From Candidatus Xenobia bacterium (lineage in GTDB: Bacteria > Vulcanimicrobiota > CADAWZ01): a DNA stretch of 64,000 nt. Shown in pieces: positions 1-10,197 of this stretch. The notes under the pieces are model-generated. The model searched no databases, had not been told where the DNA came from, and worked only from the letters and a program-made list of their open reading frames with translations. A program made the position numbers and the translations under genes. Every line of letters starts with the position of its first letter. The stretch's first letter is position 1. The stretch lies in NCBI GenBank assembly GCA_031551355.1, contig JAVBNT010000034.1, positions 11,987-75,986 on the forward strand, written 5' to 3'.

Positions 1-1719
1 AGCCAGTTCCTTGCTGGCAAACACAACCAGCAGACCTCTGACTTGACCTCTGTATAAAAGAGGCACGATTGTTTTCCAAATAGATGTTGATGCGATGTTG
101 ACTGAAAATACCGTTTTATTTCTTATCGTATTCTTGTATTCATAATCTTCCGAAGAGACAGTTGAATTACTGTTTACAAAATCTTGAGGAACACCTTCAT
201 GGGCTACGAGGTTCAGGGTTTTCGAGTTTTCATCGAAATAGTAAACAAGAAACTGCTCGTTTACTATCGGCACCAGTTTGGAGACCTCGGCAAGTGCTTT
301 TTTGCAGTAACTGTATATATCGTATTCTTCATTAAGATAGGATAGCATTGCAAATAAAGCTGAGAACTCGTTGTTTCTTTTTTCAATTTCTTTTTGAAAC
401 TTGGCGTCGGCTTCCAGATCTTCTATTTGCAGCAGGCTTGCCATATGCTGACCGCCCTGGCCGCTCATTGGATGTATCGTGACCTGTACAGGAACTTCAC
501 GCTCATTACAGAACAGCATTGTTTCCGACACATAGTTCATATCGTCTATTTTTCCGTAAAAATTGTCGGAAGCGAACAGTGATATAAAGTCATTTTTGAA
601 TTGCGGGGCAAAAATCGTGGTAATCGTTTTTTGTGTAAGTTTGTCGGCGGGAATGTCCATCATAACCGACAGCGAATTGGAGGCATGCTCTATCTGACCT
701 TCAGAAGAGATGATTGCGAACGGTTCTTTTGTTTTGCTCAGTATTGTGGCGTTGCTTATCACTTCCTTATAAAGCACTTCTTTGAGATCTGCTGTCTCAA
801 ATGCAGTGCTGATAACGCGGCCGATAATCTCAAGCATCGTAATTTCTTTTTCTTCAAGAGCTTTTACCTTGTAAGAGCTTATCTGGACAATACCCCTCGT
901 TATTTCTCCGCATACGATCGGTATTGCCAGCACGAATTTGAATCCTTCTTCTTTGCAGTGGCTGCACCGGTTTTGCTTATCTTTCGTAATATCCGGTGAA
1001 TAGCACAACTTTTTCTGTGCAACTGCTTTTGCGCAAACACAGTCGCCAAGCAATGTGTTGGATATTTTCTTAATAAAGTGATCGGAAACTCCATGAAATA
1101 CAATCGGAGCATGGTAGAAGGTTTGCTGATCGTCTATAAGCTTGATAAGTCCGCTTTCCACCTGAAGCATCTCTACTATAAGGTCCAAAAATTGCTCCAA
1201 CAGTATTTTTACGGCATAATTGGCTTTTGATATTTCGATTATCCTTGACAGGTAGTAAAAATTATTTTCCTGTTTTTTCAGCGCATCCTGAAGCTCCTGA
1301 TCTTTTTTTGCCTGAGCGATCTCTTTTTCGATCTGTTTTTTTTCTACGAGTTCCTCTGCGCTGGACGACGCTCCCATTTCCTTGCTTTTTACAACTATTC
1401 CTATTTTATTTCCGCGTTTATCCTTGAAACTTGAAAAAATGTCAAAACACTCATGCCCTTTGCGTGAGGTGTATGATATACTCTTGTTATCTACTTTCGG
1501 ATCTTTGCGGAGCTGTACAAGTATTTCGATTATTTGTTCCGTTAATGACTCCGGGTAGACCTCGAATATAGTGTGTTTTTGCCCCTCAATGGCTAATATC
1601 GGATTTAATTTTATAAATCCTCTGTTTGCATAAGAGATGTTATTGTTATCATCTACAATTGCTATTGCTAAATCCAGTGATTCAAATATAAGTAAGGCTT
1701 CTTCCAGATTCTGTGGCAT
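1..1719 (-). CDS. PAS/GAF-domain sensor protein, partial (3' end runs off window start; open frame has no stop so absent from ORF track)
   Basis: Continuous stop-free reading frame on minus strand from ATG at 1719-1717 (MPQNLEEALLIFESLDLAIAIVDDNNNISYANRGF...) to position 1. N-terminal PAS-like segment, then GAF-like region with Cys-rich stretch (LGDCVCAKAVAQKK...CSHCKEEGFKF). Read manually, so frame continuity should be re-verified. Confidence 0.5.
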   Translation of the reverse strand, partial: MPQNLEEALLIFESLDLAIAIVDDNNNISYANRGFIKLNPILAIEGQKHTIFEVYPESLTEQIIEILVQLRKDPKVDNKSISYTSRKGHECFDIFSSFKDKRGNKIGIVVKSKEMGASSSAEELVEKKQIEKEIAQAKKDQELQDALKKQENNFYYLSRIIEISKANYAVKILLEQFLDLIVEMLQVESGLIKLIDDQQTFYHAPIVFHGVSDHFIKKISNTLLGDCVCAKAVAQKKLCYSPDITKDKQNRCSHCKEEGFKFVLAIPIVCGEITRGIVQISSYKVKALEEKEITMLEIIGRVISTAFETADLKEVLYKEVISNATILSKTKEPFAIISSEGQIEHASNSLSVMMDIPADKLTQKTITTIFAPQFKNDFISLFASDNFYGKIDDMNYVSETMLFCNEREVPVQVTIHPMSGQGGQHMASLLQIEDLEADAKFQKEIEKRNNEFSALFAMLSYLNEEYDIYSYCKKALAEVSKLVPIVNEQFLVYYFDENSKTLNLVAHEGVPQDFVNSNSTVSSEDYEYKNTIRNKTVFSVNIASTSIWKTIVPLLYRGQVRGLLVVFASKELA

Positions 1720-1982
1720 ATTAATCACCATCACTCTTTTTTTATGCTTTCATCACAACAACGGTATGCGACTACTTTTTCAATCTGTATTATTCTCTTT
1801 TTTCAGCTTTCTAACCTTTATTTTTTTGTTGATTTTCTTAAATTTAACTTGTGAAAAATTTTAATATCTCTGCCTTCGATTGACTTTAGCCGATCGGGGT
1901 GATAATATAAAAATCTGTAGGTTAATAAGGCAAGCCGCCTTAAATATTTTTTGCTTTACAGAAACTAATTCTGGGAGGGTTT

Positions 1983-3218
1983 ATGAAGAGTTGCCTTCAA
2001 AGAGAGATGGACGCCAGAAACCTTGACTGGATAATCCTCTCCGGCGATACTGTTTCGACTCCTGATATAAGGTATATACTCGGCAAATCCAATCTCATAC
2101 GTCCTACAATTCTTATAAGAAAAAAATCAGAGCCGGTCGTTGTTTATGAGCCGATGGAAAGAGAAGAAGCCGTTAAGTCCGGAATGGATGTCTTTTCACG
2201 CGAAGATATTTTACCCCGTTCTAAAATTTTAGCTCTGCCTGGTGAAAAAGATCGGCAGATTTCTTTTTTTTCCGCCCTTTTGGATCGTTTTTCCGTTTCC
2301 GGAAACGTTCTGTTTTCCGGAAATGATGAAATATTGAATTCATTTGCAATTCATGAATTTCTGATTTCACATAGAAAAGACATAACGATTGCCGCTTATG
2401 AAAATAAAAGCTTGTTCCAGACGGTAAGGCAGACTAAGGAAGATTATGAACTTGACCTTTTAAGAGATGTCTCGGTCAGAACGATGAAGATTTTTGGGGA
2501 AATATTTTCATTTCTGAGAAAGTCCAGACTTGTTAACGGAGTTTTGAAGAATGACAGCGGCGCCAGTGTTTTACTGGGAGATATAAGAAAACTTGTGCTG
2601 AGGGTAATGGCTGCGGAAAGTCTAACCCCGGAGCAAATCCCTATTATTGCTATGGGTAAGGATGGGTCAAGCCCTCATTGCCGGGGAACCGATTCAATGG
2701 AAATTAAGCAGGGTATGCCCATAGTTATGGATATTTCTCCCAAATGTTCAGTTAGCGGATATTTTTCCGATGTGACAAGAACTGTTTGCGTGGGTAAAGC
2801 ACCGGATCAACTTTGCGACATCTACAGCCAGGTAAAACAAGCCTATGAAATTGCCGTCAAAAGTGTTGCATGCGGTAAAAAACTGTCGCATCCGGACAAG
2901 ATGGTTAGTGAGTATTTCCGTTCAAAGAAACATCCGGTTGTAATGGATACCCCGGGAATAACCAAGGGATATACGCATTCACTGGGACATGGTGTCGGCC
3001 TTGAAATTCATGAGCTTCCGCGCGTAAGCGCTTATAATGATGATGATGCCAAAATATTTCAGCCGTCAATGGCCTTTACCATCGAACCGGGATTGTATTA
3101 CGGCAATATGGATCTGGGAGTCCGGCTGGAAAATACTTTTTGTTTGGATGCCGATGGGAAGCTGGAAAATTTGACGGAGATGCCCATGGAACTTGAAATA
3201 TGGCCTCAAATCAATTGA
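1983..3218 (+). CDS. M24 family metallopeptidase (Xaa-Pro aminopeptidase/prolidase-like)
   Basis: C-terminal pita-bread fold motifs: DISPKCSVSGYFSDVTRT, HSLGHGVGLEIHE, TIEPGLY; N-terminal creatinase-like domain. Stop codon TGA lies inside the first repeat-element module (caaatcaattga). Confidence 0.8.
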   Translation: MKSCLQREMDARNLDWIILSGDTVSTPDIRYILGKSNLIRPTILIRKKSEPVVVYEPMEREEAVKSGMDVFSREDILPRSKILALPGEKDRQISFFSALLDRFSVSGNVLFSGNDEILNSFAIHEFLISHRKDITIAAYENKSLFQTVRQTKEDYELDLLRDVSVRTMKIFGEIFSFLRKSRLVNGVLKNDSGASVLLGDIRKLVLRVMAAESLTPEQIPIIAMGKDGSSPHCRGTDSMEIKQGMPIVMDISPKCSVSGYFSDVTRTVCVGKAPDQLCDIYSQVKQAYEIAVKSVACGKKLSHPDKMVSEYFRSKKHPVVMDTPGITKGYTHSLGHGVGLEIHELPRVSAYNDDDAKIFQPSMAFTIEPGLYYGNMDLGVRLENTFCLDADGKLENLTEMPMELEIWPQIN

Positions 3219-3726
3219 AACCGGCGAATCTGCGTCGTCGCAGGCTATTTCGCTCGTTCGACGTAGTAAAGACTACGCCTCACTCGTCGAAATAACCTTT
3301 GACTTAGCATCTCCGCCGGTTTGAATTGATTTGTATTTTATTGAATTCCCCTCCTTCGGAGGGGTGTCGCAAAGCGACGGGGTGGTTTTCTGCAAGTCAA
3401 ACCGGATATTCGCTCGCTCGACGTAGTTCAGGCTATGGCTCGCTCGTCGAAATCCTGCTTGACTTAGCATCTCCGCCGGTTTGAATTGATTTGTATTTTA
3501 TTGAATTCCCCTCCTCCGGAGGGGTGTCGCAAAGCGACGGGGTGGTTTTCTGCAAGTCAAACCGGATATTCGCTCGCGCGACGTAGTTCAGACTACGGCT
3601 CGCTCGTCGAAATCCTGCTTGACTTAGCATCTCCGCCGGTTTGAATTGATTTGTATTTTATTGAATTCCCCTCCTCCGGAGGGGTGTCGCAAAGCGACGG
3701 GGTGGTTTTCTGCTAAGTCAACTTGA
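3205..3726. repeat. Tandem array of three complete 160-bp units (family A miniature repeat) plus left-end module; hairpin-rich (palindrome cccctcctccggagggg nested in ccggtttga...tcaaaccgg)
   Basis: Motif ttgacttagcatctccgccggtttgaattgatttgtattttattgaattcccctcc recurs at 3299, 3459, 3619 (period exactly 160); units >95% identical; no unique spacers. Confidence 0.9.
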
Positions 3727-3760
3727 ATGCTCGATCGAACGCTCGACGTAGACTAAGACT

Positions 3761-3955
3761 CAATGTCATTATGTTAAGAGAAGCTATTCTTGGATTTTGA
3801 CAAAAATCACGAAATTAATTCGCTCCACGCGTCATTGCGAGCCTGTAAGGCGCGGCAATCCAGGCATTTGTTTTTCTGGATTGCTTCGTCGGTGCCTCCT
3901 CGCAGTGACGAAAATGGCAAAAACGGAGATTTAAAACCTTAACTTATGACATTGA
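3761..3955. mobile_element. MITE-like element (family B' variant) bounded by the same terminal inverted repeats caatgtcatta...taatgacattg but with a different 160-bp core
   Basis: TIR caatgtcattatgttaag at 3761 and cttaacttatgacattg ending 3955; internal 7-bp IR aatccag/ctggatt. Confidence 0.6.
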
Positions 3956-4120
3956 GATAAGACTACGCCTTGCTCGTCGAAATCGCCTTTGCCTTAGCAT
4001 CTCCACCGGTTTAAATTGATTTGTATTTTGATAAATTCCCTTCCTTTGGAGGGGTGTTGCGAGGCGACGGGGTGGTTCGTCGCCAAACAGGATACTCGCT
4101 CGCTCTACATAGATAAGACT
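3956..4120. repeat. Solo family A unit (diverged, ~85% to tandem units)
   Basis: agactacgccttgctcgtcgaaatcgcctttgccttagcatctccaccggtttaaattgatttgtattttgataaattcccttcctttggaggggtg... aligns to 160-bp unit. Confidence 0.8.
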
Positions 4121-4268
4121 CAATTTAAGAGAAAATGATTTCTCACAGAGAAGAAGAGAACACAGAGAGGGTTTTAACCGGCATTTATCCTCCGTGGCCT
4201 CTGTGCCCTCTGTGAGAGAGCCAAAGATGTCAAAATCGGCGATGAAAAACTTTAACTTAATGACATTG
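4121..4268. mobile_element. Family B MITE-like element (left TIR truncated), internal palindrome ctcacagag...ctctgtgag
   Basis: Near-identical to copies at 9907-10063 (inverted) and 63505-63656; ends with ttaacttaatgacattg. Confidence 0.8.
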
Positions 4269-4335
4269 AGATCAGACTGCGTCTCGCTCGTCGAAATAAT
4301 GTTTGTCTTAGCATTTATACCGATTAACTTTTGAA
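4269..4335. repeat. Family A fragment (agatcagactgcgtctcgctcgtcgaaat...cttagcat...)
   Basis: Matches 5' module of A unit; ends ~45 bp before gltX start. Confidence 0.6.
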
Positions 4336-4381
4336 ATTTTTACGGCTGACATTATAAAATCAGCCGCTTAGGGAGGATTTT

Positions 4382-5890
4382 ATGTCTAAAGAATTCAGAG
4401 TCCGTATAGCTCCTTCGCCTACAGGCGAGCCGCATGTCGGCACAGCTTATATAGCTCTTTTTAACCGTTGCTTTGCGAAGTCGCGCGGGGGCAAATTCAT
4501 ACTAAGGATTGAAGATACGGATCAGGGGCGTTCGACAGCCCAATCTGAACAGTCTATTTTTGATTCTCTGAACTGGCTCGGCCTTTCGTGGGATGAGGGG
4601 CCTGATGTTGGCGGTCCTTACGGTCCTTACCGGCAGTCTGAGCGCCTTGAATTGTATAAAAAACATGTTCAGCAGTTGCTTGACACCGGAAAAGCATATA
4701 AGTGTTTTTGTACAAAAGACGATCTTGACTCTTTAAGAAAACGTCAGGAATTCGAAAAAAGACCGGCCGTGGGATATTTTGCTTCCGACTCTCCCTGCAG
4801 AAACCTGTCGGAATCTGAAGTTGAGGAGAGAGAGAAGAGGGGGCTGCCTTTTGTCGTAAGATTAAAAGTCCCCAATGAAGATCCTGACGGTGAGATTACT
4901 TTTTTTGATCATATAAGAAAGAAAGATATTTCGAGAAAATATTCCGAAATAGATGAGCAGATTTTGCTTAAGTCGGATTCTTTCCCTACTTACCATCTGG
5001 CAAATGTTGTCGACGATCATCTTATGGATATCAGCACTGTTGTCAGGGGAGAAGAGTGGATTGTTTCGACTCCTAAGCATGTGCTTCTTTATAAGGCGTT
5101 TGGCTGGGATTGTCCCGACTTCTATCATTTATCGCTTTTACGCAATCCCGATAAAAACAAAAGCAAGATTTCAAAAAGAAAAAATCCTGTATCCCTGCGC
5201 TGGTTCAGAGCGGCGGGTTATACGCCTCAGGCTCTGCTGAATTTTCTTGCCCTGATGGGATATTCAAGAATTTCCGAAGGTAAAACGAAGGAAGAGCTGG
5301 CCTCGCTCGAGATGTTTTCTATCGAAGAACTTATAAAAGAGTTTGACCCCGATAGAATTTCAAGTTCCGGTCCGGCATTTGATTATGAAAAGCTTGGGGT
5401 GATAAATGATTCTTACATGCAAAGCATGTCGGTTGAAGAATTTTGCCGTTACCAAAACGACAGGCTTGTCTATCTGATGGAATATCTGGGAGAGCTTGCT
5501 CCGGAAGTGAAGAATCGTTTCCGTCGTTTTGACAGGGAAGTATGCCATGTCACGGATTTTCTGTTCCGTATGAAAATGAATTACTCCCCGCAGGAGTTTT
5601 CCAAGGTTAAAATTGCGCCGAAAGAAACGGCCGCAATGTTAAAAACCATCCAGAAAAATTTTAAAGACAATGCGGTTTCAATTAATTCTGTCGCTGAATT
5701 CAAAAATGTTATTGCCGAAATAATCGGTAATAACGGTTTTGACAACCGTGCTGCACATATGGCGCTTAGAGTGGCAATGGTCGGTTCGGCGGAGTCGCTT
5801 CCTCTTTACGAATCGATGAGTGCTCTTGGCGTATACCGGTGCATTTCAAGAATAGATGAAGCGGTAACTTTTTTAAATAGTCTATCTTAA
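4382..5890 (+). CDS. gltX: Glutamyl-tRNA synthetase
   Basis: Class I aaRS HIGH motif ([12 protein letters not shown]), KMSKS-type KISKRK, typical GluRS N-terminus [10 protein letters not shown]; 502 aa. Confidence 0.95.
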   Translation: MSKEFRVRIAPSPTGEPHVGTAYIALFNRCFAKSRGGKFILRIEDTDQGRSTAQSEQSIFDSLNWLGLSWDEGPDVGGPYGPYRQSERLELYKKHVQQLLDTGKAYKCFCTKDDLDSLRKRQEFEKRPAVGYFASDSPCRNLSESEVEEREKRGLPFVVRLKVPNEDPDGEITFFDHIRKKDISRKYSEIDEQILLKSDSFPTYHLANVVDDHLMDISTVVRGEEWIVSTPKHVLLYKAFGWDCPDFYHLSLLRNPDKNKSKISKRKNPVSLRWFRAAGYTPQALLNFLALMGYSRISEGKTKEELASLEMFSIEELIKEFDPDRISSSGPAFDYEKLGVINDSYMQSMSVEEFCRYQNDRLVYLMEYLGELAPEVKNRFRRFDREVCHVTDFLFRMKMNYSPQEFSKVKIAPKETAAMLKTIQKNFKDNAVSINSVAEFKNVIAEIIGNNGFDNRAAHMALRVAMVGSAESLPLYESMSALGVYRCISRIDEAVTFLNSLS

Positions 5891-5901
5891 GGAGAAATAA
5901 T

Positions 5902-7590
5902 ATGTCCGAAACATTGGAAATAAAAGAAACAAAATCATCTGATTTTATCAGAGAAATAATAGACAACGATAACGAAACCGGAAAGCATGCAGGGCGGGTG
6001 GCTACGCGTTTTCCTCCGGAGCCCAACGGCTATCTGCATATTGGACATGCAAAGTCCATTTGCCTGAATTTTGGCATAGCAAAGCAATACGGAGGCACAT
6101 GCAACCTGCGCTTTGATGACACAAACCCTTGTAAGGAGGATACGGAGTATGTCGATTCCATCATGTCGGATGTCAGATGGCTGGGGTTTGACTGGCAGGA
6201 CAGAATGTATTATGCTTCCGATTATTTTGAGAAACTGTATAATTATGCCGTTGAACTGATAAAACTCGGCAAAGCATACGTTTGCGACCTCAATGCGGAA
6301 CAGATACGCGAATACAGGGGAACTTTGACTGAACCCGGTAAAAACAGTCCCTATCGTGACAGGAGTGTGGAGGAAAATCTCGATCTGTTTCAGAGAATGA
6401 GAAACGGGGAGTTTCCTGATGGAACAAGAGTTTTGCGGGCTAAGATTGATATGGCTTCTTCCAATATGAATATGCGTGATCCGGCTGTTTACCGGATACG
6501 GCATGCACATCATCACCGGACCGGTGATAAATGGTGTATATATCCGATGTACGACTTTGCCCATTGCCTTTCGGACAGTATTGAAGCGATAACGCATTCC
6601 ATATGTACGCTTGAATTTGAGATTCACAGGCCCCTTTATGACTGGTATCTTGATGTTCTTAAGGTGAAAGATCATCCGCAGCAGATAGAGTTTGCCAGGC
6701 TAAACCTTACTTATACGGTTATGAGTAAACGCAAGCTTTTGCAGTTGGTTACGGAAAAGCATGTAACCGGTTGGGACGATCCCAGAATGCCTACCATTTC
6801 CGGTATGAGAAGAAGAGGCTATACTTCCGAGGCAATCAGAAAATTTTGTGAGCTTATCGGCGTAGCCAAAGCCGACAGCACCGTTGATGTCTCTTTGCTG
6901 GAGCATTGTATAAGGGAAGACCTCAACAGGCGTTCGCAAAGGGTTATGGGTGTATTGAGGCCGATCAAGCTTGTTATTGACAATTATCCGGAAGGAAAGA
7001 CGGAAGAGCTGGATGCGATAAATAATCCGGAAGACTCTGATGCCGGGTATCGAAAAGTCACCTTCTCCAGAGAACTTTATATTGATTCCGAAGATTTTAT
7101 GGAAGAGCCTCCTAAAGGCTTTTACCGTATGAGTCCCGGTAAGGAAGTCCGGCTGAAAGCCGCTTATTACGTTACATGCACGGATGTTGTTAAGGATGGC
7201 CAGGATAATATAACCGAAATCCACTGTACTTATGACCCGGAGACGAAAGGCGGTACGTCCAATGACGGACGTAAAGTGAAAGGAACTTTGCATTGGGTTA
7301 ATGCTTCCGACTGTATTGATGCCGAGGTCAGGCTTTACGGTCCGCTTTTTAAGTCTGTTAATCCGTCTGCGGTTGAAGATTTTTTGACCGATATAAATCC
7401 CTGTTCCCTGCAGGTTCTGAAAAATTGCAAGCTGGAAAAATCTATGGCGGGCGGGCAGGCAGGCTATACGGTACAGTTTGAGAGACTGGGGTATTTTTGC
7501 GTAGATCAGGATTCTTCTGATGATAAGCTTGTTATGAATAGGACGCTGCCGTTGAAGGATACGTGGGCTAAGGTTTCCCAAAAAAGTTAA
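5902..7590 (+). CDS. glnS: Glutaminyl-tRNA synthetase
   Basis: [18 protein letters not shown] (HIGH), VMSKRKL (KMSKS), 562 aa with C-terminal anticodon-binding beta-barrels typical of GlnRS; immediately downstream of gltX. Stop TAA embedded in repeat module aaatcaattgaaaccggcg. Confidence 0.85.
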   Translation: MSETLEIKETKSSDFIREIIDNDNETGKHAGRVATRFPPEPNGYLHIGHAKSICLNFGIAKQYGGTCNLRFDDTNPCKEDTEYVDSIMSDVRWLGFDWQDRMYYASDYFEKLYNYAVELIKLGKAYVCDLNAEQIREYRGTLTEPGKNSPYRDRSVEENLDLFQRMRNGEFPDGTRVLRAKIDMASSNMNMRDPAVYRIRHAHHHRTGDKWCIYPMYDFAHCLSDSIEAITHSICTLEFEIHRPLYDWYLDVLKVKDHPQQIEFARLNLTYTVMSKRKLLQLVTEKHVTGWDDPRMPTISGMRRRGYTSEAIRKFCELIGVAKADSTVDVSLLEHCIREDLNRRSQRVMGVLRPIKLVIDNYPEGKTEELDAINNPEDSDAGYRKVTFSRELYIDSEDFMEEPPKGFYRMSPGKEVRLKAAYYVTCTDVVKDGQDNITEIHCTYDPETKGGTSNDGRKVKGTLHWVNASDCIDAEVRLYGPLFKSVNPSAVEDFLTDINPCSLQVLKNCKLEKSMAGGQAGYTVQFERLGYFCVDQDSSDDKLVMNRTLPLKDTWAKVSQKS

Positions 7591-7812
7591 ATCAATTGAA
7601 ACCGGCGAATCTGCGTCGTCAAGCCGGATATTCGCTCGCTCAACGTAGTCCTGCTACCTCGCTCGTCGAAATCCGGCTTGCCTTAGCATCTCCGCCGGTT
7701 TGAATTGATTTTGATTTTAATAAATTCCCCTCCTTTGGAGGGGTGTCGCGGAGCGACGGGGTGGTTTCTGTGTCGTCAAACCGTACGCTGCGCCTCGCTC
7801 GTCAAAATTCAA
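7588..7812. repeat. Family A miniature repeat copy (left-end module + one unit) in glnS-rtcB spacer
   Basis: tcaattgaaaccggcgaatctgcgtcgtc...cttagcatctccgccggtttgaattgattttgattttaataaattcccctcctttggaggggtgtcgcggagcgacggggtgg. Confidence 0.85.
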
Positions 7813-7942
7813 TTTGCATAGCCTCCAGACACAATTGACTGTCTTTTTTGTCATTCCCGTGCAGACGGGAATCCATCCCCCGACAACCGGCAAGATCGCC
7901 GATAACTGTCAACTAATAACTAAAAACCCGGAAGGTTCCCCA

Positions 7943-9133
7943 ATGATTGTTTTAAACGGAAAATACAATTCGGCAAAGGTTTTTACCGACAATCTTGAAA
8001 GCACTGCCGCTTCCCAGATTGTCAATTTGCTGAACCAGGAATTTATCGCCGGCAGTACAATCCGCATTATGCCCGATACGCATGCGGGCGCCGGGTGTAC
8101 GATAGGGACAACGATGACGATTGAGGACAAGATTGTCCCCAATCTTGTCGGCGTTGACATCGGCTGCGGTATGGAGACGCTGATTCTTAAGGATAAAACC
8201 GTCGATCTTGCAAAGTTGGACGGAGTCATACATGATTTTATTCCGGCAGGATTTGCGACCCATAAGACGCCGCATGCTTATGCTGCGAAAATAAATATTG
8301 AGGAATTGTTTTGTCTGCACAAGCTTAACCGCAACAGGGCTGTTCTTAGTATCGGAACGCTCGGCGGCGGCAATCACTTTATTGAGCTGGGTAAAGACCA
8401 CTCCGGTGTTTATTACCTTACGATCCACTCCGGCAGCCGTAACCTCGGCAAACAAATCGCCGAACTCTACCAACAGGCCGCTTATGACCGCCTTAAGGAA
8501 AAGAGCGGCGAGGTGCATGCAATTATTGAACAGCTTAGAAGAGAGGGCCGGGAAAAGGAAATCCAAAAGAAAGTTGACAGGATAAAACCCTCAGGGATAA
8601 ACAAAAATCTTGCCTATGTTGAAGGCGAGCTGTTTAAACGTTATCTGCATGATATGGAAATAGCCCAGCGGTATGCCGATTTAAACCGTAAGGCAATGGC
8701 GGACATTATCGCTGCCAAAATGAAGTTCAGCATTGATGACACCTTTACCACGGTACATAACTACATTGATCTGAAAAATAAGATTTTGCGTAAAGGTGCC
8801 GTTTCGGCACAAAAAGGCGAAAGGCTGCTTATACCGATCAATATGCGTGACGGCAGTTTGGTTTGCACCGGCAAGGGCAATCGGGACTGGAACTTTTCCG
8901 CACCGCATGGGGCAGGCAGGCTGATGAGCCGCTCCGAGGCGAAAGCAAAAATATCCCTGAGTGATTTTAAAGAATCAATGGAAGGTATTTATTCCAGTAC
9001 AATAAATAAAACGACGCTGGATGAAGCTCCTTTTGCCTACAAACCTATGGATGAGATTGTTAATAATATTACCGGAACCGTCGAAATAGAATTAACGGTC
9101 AAGCCGGTATATAATTTTAAATCTGCGGAGTGA
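7943..9133 (+). CDS. rtcB: RNA-splicing ligase RtcB (3'-phosphate/5'-OH RNA ligase)
   Basis: RtcB family motifs: PDTHAGAGCTIG, GVDIGCGM, GGGNHFIEL, NFSAPHGAGR. ORF-track start 7814 extends into the repeat; ATG at 7943 (MIVLNGKYNSAKVF) with GGAAGG 8 nt upstream is more plausible. Confidence 0.9.
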   Translation: MIVLNGKYNSAKVFTDNLESTAASQIVNLLNQEFIAGSTIRIMPDTHAGAGCTIGTTMTIEDKIVPNLVGVDIGCGMETLILKDKTVDLAKLDGVIHDFIPAGFATHKTPHAYAAKINIEELFCLHKLNRNRAVLSIGTLGGGNHFIELGKDHSGVYYLTIHSGSRNLGKQIAELYQQAAYDRLKEKSGEVHAIIEQLRREGREKEIQKKVDRIKPSGINKNLAYVEGELFKRYLHDMEIAQRYADLNRKAMADIIAAKMKFSIDDTFTTVHNYIDLKNKILRKGAVSAQKGERLLIPINMRDGSLVCTGKGNRDWNFSAPHGAGRLMSRSEAKAKISLSDFKESMEGIYSSTINKTTLDEAPFAYKPMDEIVNNITGTVEIELTVKPVYNFKSAE

Positions 9134-9159
9134 ATCAGCATATTGAAAGGTTGAATTCT

Positions 9160-9831
9160 ATGTCGGATATGGATACTTTATTCAAAAACCGCAGGATAAA
9201 GCCTCAGCAGCTTCTGACTTTTGGTTTTTCAGAACTCGACGGTGTTTATACCTATTCCACCGGTCTGGTTGACGGTCAGTTTGAGATGACGGTTACCATT
9301 GGCCGGAACGGGGAAGTCTTAGCGGAAGTAATCGACAGCTTTTCAAAGGAGCCTTATACGCTCCATCTTGTCTCTGATGCCAAGGGAGCGTTTGTGGGAA
9401 TGGTCCGCCAGGGATATTGGGATGTACTTAATGCTGTTGCTGTCTCCTGTTTTGAGTCTGATGTGTTCCGAAGTGATGAGGCAGGGCAGCTCCTTCAATA
9501 TGTTAAAAATAAATACCATAGCGAACCGGAATTTTTATGGAAGCGCTTTTCCGACAATGCCATTTTAAGACGCCGGGACACCGCCAAATGGTATGCTGCA
9601 TTACTGACCGTGCAAAAAAATAAACTGGGACTTGCCGGGGACGGTAAGATTGAGATTATTGATCTGCGGGTTAGGCCGGCAGAGGTGGACGCTCTGGTGG
9701 ATGGGAGGAAATATTTTCCCGGTTACCATATGAATAAAAAACATTGGTTCACGATTTGTCTTGACGGCTCGGTTCCCGTGGAAGAGATTTTTGAGCGGAT
9801 AGATCAAAGCTTTGTTCTTGCGGTGAAGTGA
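9160..9831 (+). CDS. MmcQ/YjbR-family DNA-binding domain protein with ~110-aa N-terminal extension
   Basis: C-terminal FPGYHMNKKHWFTICLDGSVPVEEIFERIDQSFVLAV is the MmcQ/YjbR signature. Start ambiguous (GTG 9130 overlapping rtcB stop, or ATG 9160). Confidence 0.65.
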   Translation: MSDMDTLFKNRRIKPQQLLTFGFSELDGVYTYSTGLVDGQFEMTVTIGRNGEVLAEVIDSFSKEPYTLHLVSDAKGAFVGMVRQGYWDVLNAVAVSCFESDVFRSDEAGQLLQYVKNKYHSEPEFLWKRFSDNAILRRRDTAKWYAALLTVQKNKLGLAGDGKIEIIDLRVRPAEVDALVDGRKYFPGYHMNKKHWFTICLDGSVPVEEIFERIDQSFVLAVK

Positions 9832-9906
9832 TTTGCTAGTCAGCCGCTGCATACTTTGCCCTGTGTCCGTCAGCCGTAAATCTTTTTGACCGGCGAACCC
9901 CCCCCC

Positions 9907-10063
9907 GCAATGTCATTAATTAGTATTTTTCATAACCGACTTTGACATCTTCGGAACTCTCACAGAGGGCACAGAGGCCACGGAGGATAAATGCCAGTTA
10001 AAACCTCTCTGTGTTCTCCTCTTCTCTGTGAGAAACCCTTTTCTCTTAACTTAATGACATTGC
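9907..10063. mobile_element. Family B MITE (157 bp) with perfect 13-17-bp TIRs gcaatgtcattaa / ttaatgacattgc, flanked by C9 and C8 homopolymer tracts
   Basis: Reverse complement is ~90% identical to 4121-4268 and 63505-63656; poly-C 9898-9906 and 10063-10070 directly abut the TIRs. Confidence 0.85.
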
Positions 10064-10197
10064 CCCCCCCGATGCCTTGCGAAAAGCTTCCCGGCTGCCG
10101 GATCGGACGGATAGCAGGCTTTGTGGAATAAAATTTCTGTGACAGATCAATTGCAAATTATTCTGGAGGATTATTATGCATTGGATGGTGAGTTTTT

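Noticed and set aside
3273-3630. Two 65-aa ORFs (3273-3470, 3433-3630, minus strand) with near-identical proteins
   Set aside because: They lie wholly inside the tandem repeat units, their identity simply reflects repeat identity, and they have no RBS or coding signal.
3219-3726. Regular 160-bp periodicity that could be mistaken for a CRISPR array
   Set aside because: The entire 160-bp unit repeats with >95% identity, so there are no unique spacers. The units contain nested palindromes typical of REP/MITE-like elements, and no cas genes are adjacent.
5935-7581. Long antisense ORFs (246 aa, 293 aa) opposite glnS
   Set aside because: They fully overlap a strongly supported aminoacyl-tRNA synthetase gene. 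They are typical antisense ORFs with no motifs.
7814-7942. N-terminal 43-aa extension of rtcB in the ORF track
   Set aside because: The extension is translated from repeat-element sequence (hairpin cattcccgtgcagacgggaatc). The internal ATG at 7943 has an RBS and matches RtcB N-termini.
7952-8566. 204-aa antisense ORF within rtcB
   Set aside because: Overlaps the confidently identified rtcB on the opposite strand.
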